A stretch of DNA of 64,000 bases. Source: an uncultured Spirochaetota bacterium (GTDB lineage Bacteria; Spirochaetota; Brevinematia; Brevinematales; JAOACQ01). Positions 30,845 to 41,406 of this stretch are shown piece by piece (the first letter of the stretch is position 1; the number at the start of each line of letters is the position of its first letter). The notes under the pieces were generated by a model. It was given only the letters and a program-made list of their open reading frames with translations, was not told the DNA's origin and searched no databases. The position numbers and the translations under genes were made by a program. The stretch is taken from contig CAWAOD010000011.1 in the NCBI GenBank assembly GCA_963783575.1, forward strand, positions 96,001 to 160,000, in the 5' to 3' direction.

Positions 30845-32249
30845 TCATAAAAGATTTTGCCAGCCTGGTGCCGAAATCGGCATGAGATTCATTATTAAGG
30901 GTCATTTCTTTAACAATCCTTGAGGATGGAAGGAGCGTTTTGTCATGAATTTTTAATTTCTGGGATAAGATGATGTTCAAAAACCTGTTTGAGTCATTAT
31001 TACTGTCAAGTAAATCTGCAACAAGTATCATCCTGGTAAGTATTTCTTCGGCCCAATCGGTCAAACCGGCTTTAATCCCATTGTCTTTTATAAGCTCAAT
31101 CCCGTTTTTCCTTCCATAAAGGGCCGTCAATTCATCATTTTCTTTGATTATCTTCAAATCTCCGCCGGATAAATAGCCGCTTTCCATAAACAAGCAATAA
31201 AGAAGAAACATGTGATAAAAATAGAGCTGATCAAGACTTATACCCTCCCGGTAAAACGGGTTCAAATCGACAGATCGAATTTCTATATAGCTGACACCGC
31301 CGGATTTGAGATTATCCAGATGGGACTCACCTTTATGAGCTGCCGATTTAATCCTGACCGGGGAATAAAACTCGCTTTCTTTCTGTAAAACATGAGGGTT
31401 CAGCTGGATCTGCCTGCCTCCTCTGCAAACGCCGATTTTTTTATATTCTTTAGAATCGGTAATTAATGATTTTTCCAGATCCTCGGTATATTCATCCAGG
31501 CTGTTATACGATACTCTAACTTCTTCCTGCTTGCCCGATGAATATCCGAAACTGCTCATTCTTAAAGAAGCTGTGAAATATTTGAGATTTTGAATTTTTT
31601 TGAATCCGCCCGGAATATCAATAAAACTTATATCAGCGGTAGGCGATGCTCCGAAAAGATAAATCAAAAGCCAGCGGTAGCGGAGAAAATTCCTCGCGAT
31701 AGAAAAATAGCTTTTATCAATGAAAACTTGTCTCTCAATACCCGGATTTAAGGCATCAATTAAAAAATCCCAGAACTCGCCGGGGAAAGAAAAATTATAA
31801 TGAATCCCGGAAATCATCTGCATTTTTTTCCCATATCGCAGTGACAAACCGTTTCTGTATATTTCGTTTATTCTGCCCTGTGCTGTTCCGTTAAACTTTG
31901 CTATGGGTATTTTATCCTTATCCGGCAGATGCGGCGGCATACTGAGAGGCCATAGGAATTCTCCGTCAAGATTTTCCAGAATAAAGCCCTGTATTTCACT
32001 CAAAGAAAATAATACTTTCTCTATTGAATCGAAGGGATCGGTAACCATTTCAATCTGGCTTTCCGAAAAGTCTGTTGTTATATTAGGATTTTCCAGCTTA
32101 TCCCCGAATATTGCAGGATGCGGGGTCAATACCAGATTACCGCAGCCGTCAATCCGCATCGACTCTTTCTCAAGTCCCCAGTTACCTTTTAAAAGAAGCT
32201 CATAATTATCTTTTTTATGAAACAGGCCGATCCAATCCTCATATTTCAT
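30804..32249 (-). CDS. gshA: Glutamate--cysteine ligase
   Basis: GLEKESMR, ITTDFSESQIEMVT, WPLSMP, MQMISGIHYNFS, YIEIRSVDLNPF. Confidence 0.92.
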   Translation of the reverse strand: MKYEDWIGLFHKKDNYELLLKGNWGLEKESMRIDGCGNLVLTPHPAIFGDKLENPNITTDFSESQIEMVTDPFDSIEKVLFSLSEIQGFILENLDGEFLWPLSMPPHLPDKDKIPIAKFNGTAQGRINEIYRNGLSLRYGKKMQMISGIHYNFSFPGEFWDFLIDALNPGIERQVFIDKSYFSIARNFLRYRWLLIYLFGASPTADISFIDIPGGFKKIQNLKYFTASLRMSSFGYSSGKQEEVRVSYNSLDEYTEDLEKSLITDSKEYKKIGVCRGGRQIQLNPHVLQKESEFYSPVRIKSAAHKGESHLDNLKSGGVSYIEIRSVDLNPFYREGISLDQLYFYHMFLLYCLFMESGYLSGGDLKIIKENDELTALYGRKNGIELIKDNGIKAGLTDWAEEILTRMILVADLLDSNNDSNRFLNIILSQKLKIHDKTLLPSSRIVKEMTLNNESHADFGTRLAKSFMNGVDYEYTRKKIS

Positions 32250-32339
32250 CTTAATAACTCCTAAAAGATATAAATATCTTAAAAAGTGATATCTAATATT
32301 GTATAGTTATATAATAATCGAACTATTAGACAAAAAAAA

Positions 32340-32645
32340 CTAGCCGATAAATTCTCTGATCAACTTCAAAGCATCATCATTTACTTTACACGAAATCGAC
32401 TGCCCGTTTCTCGAACAGGAGATCAAACCGGCGTTTGCCAGTTCTTTAAAATGATGGGAAACAGTTGACGGTGAAATATTAATCAGACTGCAAGCCTTGG
32501 AAAAACCCTTTTCAACCGCGATGCAGCAAGTGTCTGTTTTCCCCAATTTGTAGAGCATTCCGAAGATTTTCAATCTCTGTTCGCTGGATAAAGCCTTGAA
32601 TATTTTTGCCAGGTTTGATAGTTCCATACTTATAGAATAATACAT
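32340..32645 (-). CDS. ArsR/SmtB family regulator
   Basis: FKALSSEQRLKI, STVSHHFKELANAGLI; Cys-rich; likely start 32627. Confidence 0.88.
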   Translation of the reverse strand: MYYSISMELSNLAKIFKALSSEQRLKIFGMLYKLGKTDTCCIAVEKGFSKACSLINISPSTVSHHFKELANAGLISCSRNGQSISCKVNDDALKLIREFIG

Positions 32646-32682
32646 TATTTTAAAAAAGTCAATGGAAAATTAAAAAATTATT

Positions 32683-34236
32683 TCACTCGCTGGTAACTTC
32701 CATTTCTCCGATAGTAAGCCTGAAATTGCCACTACTGGAAAAATTAATCAATGAATTCATATTAATATCAATAGATTTTAAAGGATAAACCTTTATTTTA
32801 TTTATTTCCTTATTTCTCCTCTGCTTTGGGGTATGGAATTTAAAAGTATCCAGGAGAATTGATATCTGCTTCCAACCTTTCCAATCATCCGTTAGCCAAT
32901 ACCAGTAGTGACCATTCAAGTTATCAATTAGATCGAGAAAATATGATGTATAAGTTTGTGTACCATAAATCCAAAATTTAAAAGTTTTAATATTAGACCA
33001 ATCCATTTTATCATATCCGAAATTTAAACGGATACCTGCACTTCCCGGGTAATGTACTATAAAATCCAAGGAACAGCATTTTTCACCGTAAGTAATATTA
33101 TTTGTATAAGTAGTTATTGTTACAATGCTGCCGCCACTTTGATCTAATTTGAAATGTATCATATTATCAGTAGTGAAATCCAATAAAACAATTTTCTTTT
33201 TAGGCAGGATAAGATTTGTGAATTCACCATCAGAAAGATAGAAAGTTTCGATATATTCACTTTTATTTTTGCTAATCACTTTTATTTGATATTCCATTTC
33301 AGCAGGAAGGTTTGACAGGACTTCATCGAGCTGTATTTTACTCCCGTCCAGAAAAATTTGAAAATTTTCATCGATGGCTTTGTTATTAATGGAACACCGT
33401 ATGCTTCCTAGAGCTGTATGGCTTATATTTGTTGTTTCACCGGGCTTTAACATTACAGGCGTGTTTAAAACAATGCTTTTATTAGAAAGATTTCTTAATT
33501 TGACCGAATAAATTGCGTTTGGTAATATTTTCAAATTCAGAGAAAAATTATCATTCGTTATTTTTGCTGCAATTTTATTATTAATCAAAAGCGAATATGT
33601 GCCGTTTCCAATCTTGAAATTTCCAATATTGAGATGCGCGATTTTAAGATCTTCATTCATTGTCGACTTTATTATTTGGGAAAGCATAGCATCGATTGCG
33701 TCAAAAATATCGGCGTCAATGGGAGTTTTGTATTCATTGGTTTCGGTTTTTCCGGTTGCTTTTTCCCAGATGTTAAGGCGGATTTGAGCCTTTGAATCTG
33801 ATTTATTGCCCTGCAGGCTGTAATCTCCGTAAATAACAATATCTGCCTGATAATTGCTGTAAATATCCTGGGTTGTTAAATCCTTCCGGTTTAAAAATTC
33901 CGAATTCATATCGGCGAGGTTAGTTTTTTCAGGTACGTCGAAAGAAGGGACAATGTAGAGAAAAGAGTATAATTCATTCAAAAGAATAGTATTTACGATT
34001 TTTGAATTAGGATAATTTGTTTGATTTGACTTGTTCTGAAACGGCAGAATCAATACCCTTATTTTATTTGAGATTTCAACCGTTTCTTCCGTAGTAAAGA
34101 CCTCGTTTGTCTTAATGTTAATAAATTCTTCCTGAATGGGCTTCTCCTCTTTAACCGCTGTTTTCTGGCCGCAGGATAATATTAAAGACAAACAAATACA
34201 GCATAGGAATATTTCAACAAGAAATCTTGTTTTCAT
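32683..34236 (-). CDS. Lipoprotein with C-terminal CBM11-like carbohydrate-binding domain
   Basis: Lipobox LILS-C; ILPFQN TolB-N-like motif; DWSNIKTFKFWIYG...DDWKGWKQISILLDTF. Confidence 0.65.
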   Translation of the reverse strand: MKTRFLVEIFLCCICLSLILSCGQKTAVKEEKPIQEEFINIKTNEVFTTEETVEISNKIRVLILPFQNKSNQTNYPNSKIVNTILLNELYSFLYIVPSFDVPEKTNLADMNSEFLNRKDLTTQDIYSNYQADIVIYGDYSLQGNKSDSKAQIRLNIWEKATGKTETNEYKTPIDADIFDAIDAMLSQIIKSTMNEDLKIAHLNIGNFKIGNGTYSLLINNKIAAKITNDNFSLNLKILPNAIYSVKLRNLSNKSIVLNTPVMLKPGETTNISHTALGSIRCSINNKAIDENFQIFLDGSKIQLDEVLSNLPAEMEYQIKVISKNKSEYIETFYLSDGEFTNLILPKKKIVLLDFTTDNMIHFKLDQSGGSIVTITTYTNNITYGEKCCSLDFIVHYPGSAGIRLNFGYDKMDWSNIKTFKFWIYGTQTYTSYFLDLIDNLNGHYWYWLTDDWKGWKQISILLDTFKFHTPKQRRNKEINKIKVYPLKSIDINMNSLINFSSSGNFRLTIGEMEVTSE

Positions 34237-34438
34237 ATTTACCTCCGAAAATTTGCTGTAATGTTAATTTTATAAATATTATAATATCTTACAGAAAATA
34301 ATTATAATTTTTATAAGATATAAATAAAAAACCCAGATAAACTGAAGTGTAAATTTAATTCAATTAATTTGAGATTTAATGATGCTGCGGATAAAATATC
34401 CCTGTATATAAAAACAGCCTGCTTTCGGATGGTATAAA

Positions 34439-35389
34439 ATGTCTCATATAATATTATTTTTAATTCTTCTGGTTTTCTTATTCGGTATTTGTGCGCTTTT
34501 TTTTACAGGATACAGGCAGTTCAAATCAAAAAACCGTCATTTAAAATACATATTTTTTTTCCTGGCCGTGCTTGATTTGAAACTTCTGCTTAATTATATA
34601 CTGCTTTATTTTAAAATCAACCTTACTTTTAATTCAAGCTTCCAGTTTATACTGTATACTGTCAGCGAAGATGTTTCATATCTGCTGATTTTTCTGTTTC
34701 CGCCGGTTTTTCATTCGATTTTATCAATTCCCTGGAAAAAATTTTTCGACAGGATAGCCATTTTGGTTCTATTGGCCGCATTCATAATACGCATTATGCC
34801 GTATTTTTATAAAGCCGTTTTCCCGCAGGAATATTTTTCAATTAATACGTTTCAATTACCGGAAATTCTTGTCGGCATGGTGACTATTTATATCCCGGCC
34901 GCTATTTTAATACATTTCCGCAGTCTGAAACAGCCTATTTTAAGAAAAATCGCGATTCTGGGATTATTTTTTTATATATTTGTTTTGTTGGATACTTATT
35001 TTATATTTTATGCTATTTTTATGAACAGTTATTATTCCAGGATGATATGGCCAGGTTTTGCGCTGTATGTTTTCTGGATCGTGTTTTTAACCGTTTTTTC
35101 AAATAATACAATCAGTTCAAAAACAGTTCCTGCTTTTATGGATTCAATAAGTGATGCTTTTGTCGGGAAATATTCCCTTACTTCAAAAGAAGCCGAGATT
35201 GTAAAATGGGTCATTACAGGAAAATCCAATCAGGAAATTGCTGAGCATAATTTTCTTTCCATAAAAACCATAAAAAACCACATCTATAAAATATTTCAAA
35301 AAACCGGGGTGAAAAACCGCCTGGAGCTTACTTTATTGGTCGGTTCGAACAATCAGGAATCTCAAAAAAAGGACTCCAGTCCTATCTAA
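34439..35389 (+). CDS. Membrane-anchored LuxR-family regulator #1
   Basis: About 7 TMs, then YSLTSKEAEIV...GKSNQEIA...SIKTIKNHIYKIFQKTGVKNRLEL. Confidence 0.9.
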   Translation: MSHIILFLILLVFLFGICALFFTGYRQFKSKNRHLKYIFFFLAVLDLKLLLNYILLYFKINLTFNSSFQFILYTVSEDVSYLLIFLFPPVFHSILSIPWKKFFDRIAILVLLAAFIIRIMPYFYKAVFPQEYFSINTFQLPEILVGMVTIYIPAAILIHFRSLKQPILRKIAILGLFFYIFVLLDTYFIFYAIFMNSYYSRMIWPGFALYVFWIVFLTVFSNNTISSKTVPAFMDSISDAFVGKYSLTSKEAEIVKWVITGKSNQEIAEHNFLSIKTIKNHIYKIFQKTGVKNRLELTLLVGSNNQESQKKDSSPI

Positions 35390-35436
35390 AAAGTGACCAC
35401 GGACCTATGGATTTCTATCATTTTTGCTGTTATACT
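35370..35436 (+). promoter_or_regulatory. Palindromic operator and promoter of paralog 1
   Basis: AGGACTCCAGTCCT (35370-35383); TGGATT-N17-TATACT (35431); same layout at 49490-49556. Confidence 0.6.
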
Positions 35437-35465
35437 CAATAATACTGAAAAGTGAGGAGAATCTC

Positions 35466-36326
35466 ATGAAAGTATTTCTAATAGTCTATGCAATAATGTT
35501 ACCGTTCATATTGCTTTATCCAATGGCCAACAGGATTGAAAAGGTCCCGATGAAGGCCTACCCGGTTATCAACATCCCTGATGGAGAATTCCTGCGATAT
35601 GGTAATTATACAAGGGGAGAAAAAACTTATGATGTGGTGTTTGTCGCAAAAATAATCACTAATGAAAACGGTAATGTTTTATACCGCATCTATTCAGATA
35701 TGATAGCTTATCCCGGAGGGAAAAAACCGCAGAAAGATTATACAAAATGGCCGTCCTATTATCTGATTGATCCGCAGAAGGGTCTTGTCCTGGAAGTGGA
35801 ACAATACTTAAGCACCAACTCGGAAGAAATGAAAAACAATACGATTTATGGAATGGGAGATACCTTTTATACTCATTATATTCTCCATCAGGACACAGGA
35901 AATGTGGAATATAAAACCAAAGGCTTTAAGGATAACGGCATTATCGAAAGTTCATACAAGGCCTATATCAAACCCGGATATTCTGCCTGGGAAGGAGGAG
36001 CCTATTTTATGTTTTCCCCGCGTTTTATGGACCCTAAGAGCGGTGGTATTATGTACTTGGTTGCTCCCGCTTTTCTGAAAGACCCGGTACCAATAACGAT
36101 CATGTCTGCCGCTAAAGAAATTATAGAAACAACTGCTGGAACTTTTAATGTTATTAAAGTGAATACGATAATGGCGGACCCGTTCATTGGTAAACTGATG
36201 GAACCGATCATCAAGAGCAGCGGATATTGGATTGAGGATTCGGACCGGAAACTGTTGATAAAAATAAAGAGATCGGCGGATAATGAATCGACACTTGATG
36301 AAATTTCAAACGTAAATATAAAATAA
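35466..36326 (+). CDS. Exported protein of unknown function, paralog 1 of 10
   Basis: Signal peptide; family motifs IPDGEFL.YG, IDP..G, RF.D, TAGTF, ADPFIGKL, EDSDR, EISN; GAGGAG RBS. Confidence 0.85.
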   Translation: MKVFLIVYAIMLPFILLYPMANRIEKVPMKAYPVINIPDGEFLRYGNYTRGEKTYDVVFVAKIITNENGNVLYRIYSDMIAYPGGKKPQKDYTKWPSYYLIDPQKGLVLEVEQYLSTNSEEMKNNTIYGMGDTFYTHYILHQDTGNVEYKTKGFKDNGIIESSYKAYIKPGYSAWEGGAYFMFSPRFMDPKSGGIMYLVAPAFLKDPVPITIMSAAKEIIETTAGTFNVIKVNTIMADPFIGKLMEPIIKSSGYWIEDSDRKLLIKIKRSADNESTLDEISNVNIK

Positions 36327-36335
36327 GGAATAGTT

Positions 36336-37169
36336 ATGAAATTTTCACTGATATGCTTATTTTTTACTATTCAAGCCATTTTATTATTTTCCCTGGCAAA
36401 TAAAATAGAAAAGATACCTATGAAAACCTATCCTGTGGTCAATATCCCGGATGGGGAACTGCTTCGCTACGGGAATTATATCCGCGGAGAGAAAAATTCT
36501 GATACATATTATGTTACAAGATTGATTACTAATGAGAATGGTGTCTTATATAGAATCTACGCAAATTCAAATTACACCGCCGATTATACCAACTGGATTT
36601 CATATTATCTGATTGATCCGAAACAGGGAACGGTTCTGGAATCATGCGAACATTTAAGCACGAATCAGGAATATATGCGGGAAAACGCTAAATATGGGAT
36701 TGTCAATACCTTTTTTATTCACTATATCCTACACCGGGACAAAAAATATGTGGAATATACTGAAAAATCGCTTAAGGAAAATGGAGTATCGGAAAGCAGA
36801 TACAAGGTGGACATTAATCCCGGTTTTCCCTCCTGGGATGGCGGAGCCTTCTTTATGCTGTCGCCGCGCTTTATGGATGTAAAGAGCGGCGGAATATTCT
36901 ACTTAGTTGGGCCGGCATTCTTTAAAGAACCTGTCCCGGTAACCCTGAAATATGAAGCGAAAGCTTCTATCGGGACAAAGGCCGGAACCTTCCGTGTAAA
37001 AAAGATGGCAACGGTAATAGCCGATCCTTTTATCGGCAAGCTGATGGAGCCGTTTACAAAAGAAGGCAGTACCTGGGTTGAGGATTCCGACAGAAGGCTC
37101 CTAATCAAAATCCATAGATCGGATGAAAATGAAACATTTCTGGAAGAGATTTCGAATATACTAAAATGA
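36336..37169 (+). CDS. Exported protein, paralog 2
   Basis: Same motifs; closest to paralog 1. Confidence 0.85.
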   Translation: MKFSLICLFFTIQAILLFSLANKIEKIPMKTYPVVNIPDGELLRYGNYIRGEKNSDTYYVTRLITNENGVLYRIYANSNYTADYTNWISYYLIDPKQGTVLESCEHLSTNQEYMRENAKYGIVNTFFIHYILHRDKKYVEYTEKSLKENGVSESRYKVDINPGFPSWDGGAFFMLSPRFMDVKSGGIFYLVGPAFFKEPVPVTLKYEAKASIGTKAGTFRVKKMATVIADPFIGKLMEPFTKEGSTWVEDSDRRLLIKIHRSDENETFLEEISNILK

Positions 37170-37187
37170 AGTAAAGAGGAGTTTTTT

Positions 37188-38048
37188 ATGAAAGTATTTT
37201 CAGTGATTATATTATTTATAATTCAATCCGTTTTATTATTTCCATTGGCTAATAAGATTGAACAGGTGCCGATGAAAATAGCACCCCGTCTGACAATTCA
37301 GGACGGCGAATTATTGCGGTACGGATTTTACGCCGGCGGGGAAAAAGCCGGGGACAATTACTTTATTACCAGAATTATACAGGACGAATCAAAAAATAAA
37401 CTGGCTCAAATCTATTATCAAGCTGCCAAAATTAACTCCGGGAAAGAAATGCCTGGAAACTATACTAATTTTTCTTCCAGGTTTCTAGTTTCGATTGACC
37501 GGTGTACTCTGCTTGAGGCTGACGGTGAAGAGAAAATCGATACAAACAATCATAAGCTGGAAAATATACCATCGGGATATGCCGGTTTATTTTCCTGGCA
37601 TTATAACCTGAACACCGAAAAAGAGCAGATCGATTATGAAAATAAAATCTGGGACGGTTATGAAGTAAAATCTCGAAAAAGCCGGATTCCGGTTCATCCC
37701 GGTTTTCCATGCCGGGACTGGATGTCCGGGATGTTCTTCTCCGCCAGGTTTATGGATATCAAATGCCCGGGCGTTTTCTACTTTATTTTACCGGAAGCCC
37801 TGAAAGATCCCATACCTTTAACTTTTAAAACAATCAAAAAGGAAACCCTTACCACAAAAGCCGGGACATTCAAAACGGTTAAAATGGGGATGAATGCCGC
37901 CGATCCTTTTTTAGCCAGGCTTATCGAACCTTTTTCCAGGATGATGTACTTATGGGTTGAGGACTCGGACAGAAAGCTTATAGTGCAGATACAGCTTCCC
38001 GCCGGTTTTTTTAAGCTGGAAGAAATTTCGAATATGAATATTAAATGA
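37188..38048 (+). CDS. Exported protein, paralog 3
   Basis: IQDGELLRYG, TKAGTF, ADPFL, VEDSDRK, EEISN. Confidence 0.85.
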   Translation: MKVFSVIILFIIQSVLLFPLANKIEQVPMKIAPRLTIQDGELLRYGFYAGGEKAGDNYFITRIIQDESKNKLAQIYYQAAKINSGKEMPGNYTNFSSRFLVSIDRCTLLEADGEEKIDTNNHKLENIPSGYAGLFSWHYNLNTEKEQIDYENKIWDGYEVKSRKSRIPVHPGFPCRDWMSGMFFSARFMDIKCPGVFYFILPEALKDPIPLTFKTIKKETLTTKAGTFKTVKMGMNAADPFLARLIEPFSRMMYLWVEDSDRKLIVQIQLPAGFFKLEEISNMNIK

Positions 38049-38061
38049 GGAGTGTTTTTCC

Positions 38062-38908
38062 ATGGAAGTATTTTTGATATTATTCATATTCAGCATGCAG
38101 GCTGTTTTGCTTTATCCTATGGCCAATAAAATAGAAAAGATCCCAATGAAAACATACGGCGATACTGTGATTCCCGACGGGGAGTTTCTTCATTACATTG
38201 TCTACTTCGGCGGGGAAAAGGACTCGGATTATTATTACGTGACCAGAAAGGAAACGGATGAAAATGGGGCATTATACTACCGGATATACTATATAGCAAT
38301 TCCGGTAACGGAGGGCAAAAAGCCGCCTGAAAATTATTCAAACTGGCCCTCGACTTTCATGATCGATCCGGCGCGGGGTTCGCTCATAGAATCGGAAGTC
38401 AGGATCAATCCCAATGACTCGGTAGTGGGATAAATTCGGAGTAGGATACAAAGTTTACGTCCATTATAAGCTTTTTCGGGATAAGGGCTTTGCGGAATAC
38501 CATTCAAAAACAGTGAATGATTACGGAACGAATGAAAGGACATACATTGTGAAATTCGATACCGGCATTCCAAGTGATAGTCCGGCAGGAGCTTATATTA
38601 CGCAGAGGTTTTTAAATTTTAAAAATGGAGGCATTTGCTATTCCATCATTCCCGAAGTTATGAAAGGAGCAATGCCCAGTACCGCGAAATATATTTCTAA
38701 GGATACGGTCCGGACAAAAGCGGGGTCTTTTAATGTCGATAAATACCATATCATCATCGCAGATACTTTCATAAGTAAACTGATAGGACAAATGATGGGG
38801 GATTCTATTATGATGGTCGAAAATTCGGTCAGGCACCTGGTCGTCAAATCTGATATTCCCGGCGGCCGTGTGGAACTGGATGAAATTTCAAACATAAATA
38901 TAAGATAA
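38062..38908 (+). pseudogene. Exported protein, paralog 4 (single frameshift near 38425)
   Basis: ORF 38062-38433 continues in another frame as WDKFGVGYKVYVHYKLFRDKG... into ORF 38513-38908; collinear with paralog 9. Confidence 0.8.
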
Positions 38909-38995
38909 TTAAACCAGTATTTTTCCTCTTCTTCTTTGCAACATTTTATGAAGAAGTATAAAATTATATATTAATATTGAAGCACGTGCTTCATT

Positions 38996-39967
38996 ATGGT
39001 ATATTATAGCTTATACAAATTAAAAAGAGGGAAACCGGTGAAACATATAGATATTTTAATTCATATTTTGTGCTTATTCTCCGGGATGTTAGCTGCGCTT
39101 CTGGTGTTTTTGCTCTACCTGAAATATAAATTGAAAGTGATATGGAATTACTCTTTATTTATTTTTACGACTACTTTAACCGTAGCCGTGACAACTTATT
39201 ACAGCTATGTTTCCTATTTTATGAATTTCAGTCCGAATTCTTTTTCCATTGCAATAGGAATGCTGGTTTTCGGTATATTTTTATCGCTGATCAATTATGC
39301 TTTTTCCATGTTAGCTCTGGGTATAATGAATAAGCCTGTTTCTTTTTTTAATAAATTGTTTATTGGAATTCCCTGGTTGATAACTGCTTTATCAATAATA
39401 ACAATTATTTATTTTAACTTCGTAAAAGTAAGCTTGCCGTTTCTATCTGTAATCAATATGTTTACCGGATTAATACTGATAAATCTGTTTCTGTCATTTG
39501 TCATATACAGCATACAAATTTATATGAATTTAAAAAATATAGAAAATCCTGATTTAAAGGCTACGTTAAAAGTCCTGGCTTTTTTATTCATTATTTATAT
39601 ACCTCTACAGGCCGTTGTGATAGCATTTATAAAGCAGACGGTTATTATCTTTCTTTCACGCAATATCTTTTACTTTTTGGTTAACACGATTAGTGTCATT
39701 TTTGCTGCCAGATACTTTTTTATGAATACGCCTTCAATAATGGAACACATAGAAATTTCAGGTCATTTTATGAAGATATTTTCGGTAACAAAAAGGGAAA
39801 AAGAGGTGATAGAGCTTCTTTTGAGCGGATTATCCATAAAGGAAATCAGCGGAAAATTGATACGCTCTTTTAAAACCGTAAATAATCATATCTATAATAT
39901 TTACCGGAAAACAAATGTCAACAGTAAAATGGAGCTGTTGAATCTTATTAAAGAGAATCGCATTTAA
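38996..39967 (+). CDS. Membrane-anchored LuxR-family regulator #2
   Basis: About 7 TMs, then VTKREKEVIELL...KEIS...KTVNNHIYNIYRK; likely GTG start at 39038. Confidence 0.9.
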   Translation: MVYYSLYKLKRGKPVKHIDILIHILCLFSGMLAALLVFLLYLKYKLKVIWNYSLFIFTTTLTVAVTTYYSYVSYFMNFSPNSFSIAIGMLVFGIFLSLINYAFSMLALGIMNKPVSFFNKLFIGIPWLITALSIITIIYFNFVKVSLPFLSVINMFTGLILINLFLSFVIYSIQIYMNLKNIENPDLKATLKVLAFLFIIYIPLQAVVIAFIKQTVIIFLSRNIFYFLVNTISVIFAARYFFMNTPSIMEHIEISGHFMKIFSVTKREKEVIELLLSGLSIKEISGKLIRSFKTVNNHIYNIYRKTNVNSKMELLNLIKENRI

Positions 39968-40047
39968 GAAGCCAAGAGCAGATGATACTTAACTTTTTAT
40001 TGAATTGATATGGATATTTCCTTAGGAATAAATTCCAGTGAGGTTAT

Positions 40048-40836
40048 ATGATAAGAATTTTGTTATTATTTATCGTTTTAGCGTTCGTTCTTCAAGGTTG
40101 TGCACCAATTTCCATAACGAGAAGCAATTATAGAAATCCTATGCCGGATAGTATCCGGCTGTCGCCGGATGTAACCCTGACACCGACCGGAGAAGTTCAT
40201 ATATTTGTCGCCGGTCTAGTCAATACGGATTTTTATCCTTCCAGTTTCAGGATTGATGCTTCCGGAAAAGTTATTTATATTGATCCTGTGGAGGTAGACG
40301 GACAAGCATTTGCGGATTACATATTCATTACCCATGCGCATGGCGATCATCTTTCTCTGCCTGACATAAAAAAGCTGTCGAAAAACAATACTCTGATAAT
40401 TTGTCCGGAAATGGCCGCAGATAGACTTTCGGATTATAAGATAAGAGTAATAAAACCGGGGGATATAATTGATTTTGGAGATATTAAGTGCGAGGCCGTT
40501 GCGGCATATAATATTAACTCAGGACTTTTCGGATTGACCGCTCATCCAAGGACGGATAAGAACGTAGGTTATATACTGACCATTAGCGGCATAAGAATTT
40601 ATCATGCGGGGGATACGGATTTAATACCGGAAATGAAGGGGATTAAGAATATAACCGCGGCACTGGTTCCCATCGGAGGAGGAAATCTAACTACGGGGCC
40701 GGCGGAGGCCGCGGAGGCAATAAATATAATCAAACCTTTGATTGCCATACCAATGCATTATGTGCCGGGAACAAACCAGGCTGAAACATTCAAAAAGCTG
40801 GTTGATACAGGAATTCAGGTGAGAATAATGAAATAA
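40048..40836 (+). CDS. MBL-fold metallo-hydrolase lipoprotein
   Basis: Lipobox LQG-C; THAHGDH, YHAGDT, IPMHY. Confidence 0.88.
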   Translation: MIRILLLFIVLAFVLQGCAPISITRSNYRNPMPDSIRLSPDVTLTPTGEVHIFVAGLVNTDFYPSSFRIDASGKVIYIDPVEVDGQAFADYIFITHAHGDHLSLPDIKKLSKNNTLIICPEMAADRLSDYKIRVIKPGDIIDFGDIKCEAVAAYNINSGLFGLTAHPRTDKNVGYILTISGIRIYHAGDTDLIPEMKGIKNITAALVPIGGGNLTTGPAEAAEAINIIKPLIAIPMHYVPGTNQAETFKKLVDTGIQVRIMK

Positions 40837-40879
40837 AATAAAGGAGATATAAAATAAAATTAAAAAGTGTTTAATAATT

Positions 40880-41045
40880 TCCCCTCCTACGGATGGGCTA
40901 GGGGTGGGTTCCTTCGATAGTGCTGTTGAGCATGAAGCCGAGGAATCAGGAATCGGTCGTCGTGGTTCGACAAGCTCATTGAAATATCCTAAATCCGGTT
41001 CTTGAGTCTGCCGAAGGTCTCAGTGCATCGCTCCGTAGGAGGGGA
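40880..41045. repeat. MITE/REP-like element with 14-bp terminal inverted repeats
   Basis: TCCCCTCCTACGGA (40880-40893) / TCCGTAGGAGGGGA (41032-41045); nested TTCGACAAGCTCA...TGAGTCTGCCGAA. Confidence 0.7.
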
Positions 41046-41406
41046 GTTTACAGAACAAGGTTTTATTTGTAAATATAGTATTAAATTATCAACTTATATT
41101 TATAAAACTTTTGACAATACTCAGATTATTTAAAGAGGATAATTATGAATAAAGCTCTGCGGTTTGATTTTGGGATATTGATCCTACTGATATTTTTTGC
41201 AGAGAGGGGCTTCCCGGTGGGCATTAAAGAAAAAATACCAATGAAGCCCTATGAGGTTATTAAAATTCCAGACGGAGAATTTCTTCACTATGTTAATTAT
41301 ACCGGCGGTGAAAAGGACAGTGATACCTATATGGTTACAACTATAGAAACGGGCAAAAATGGAGAAACCGTTTACCGTATTTATTTTGACCAGATATCGC
41401 TATCTA

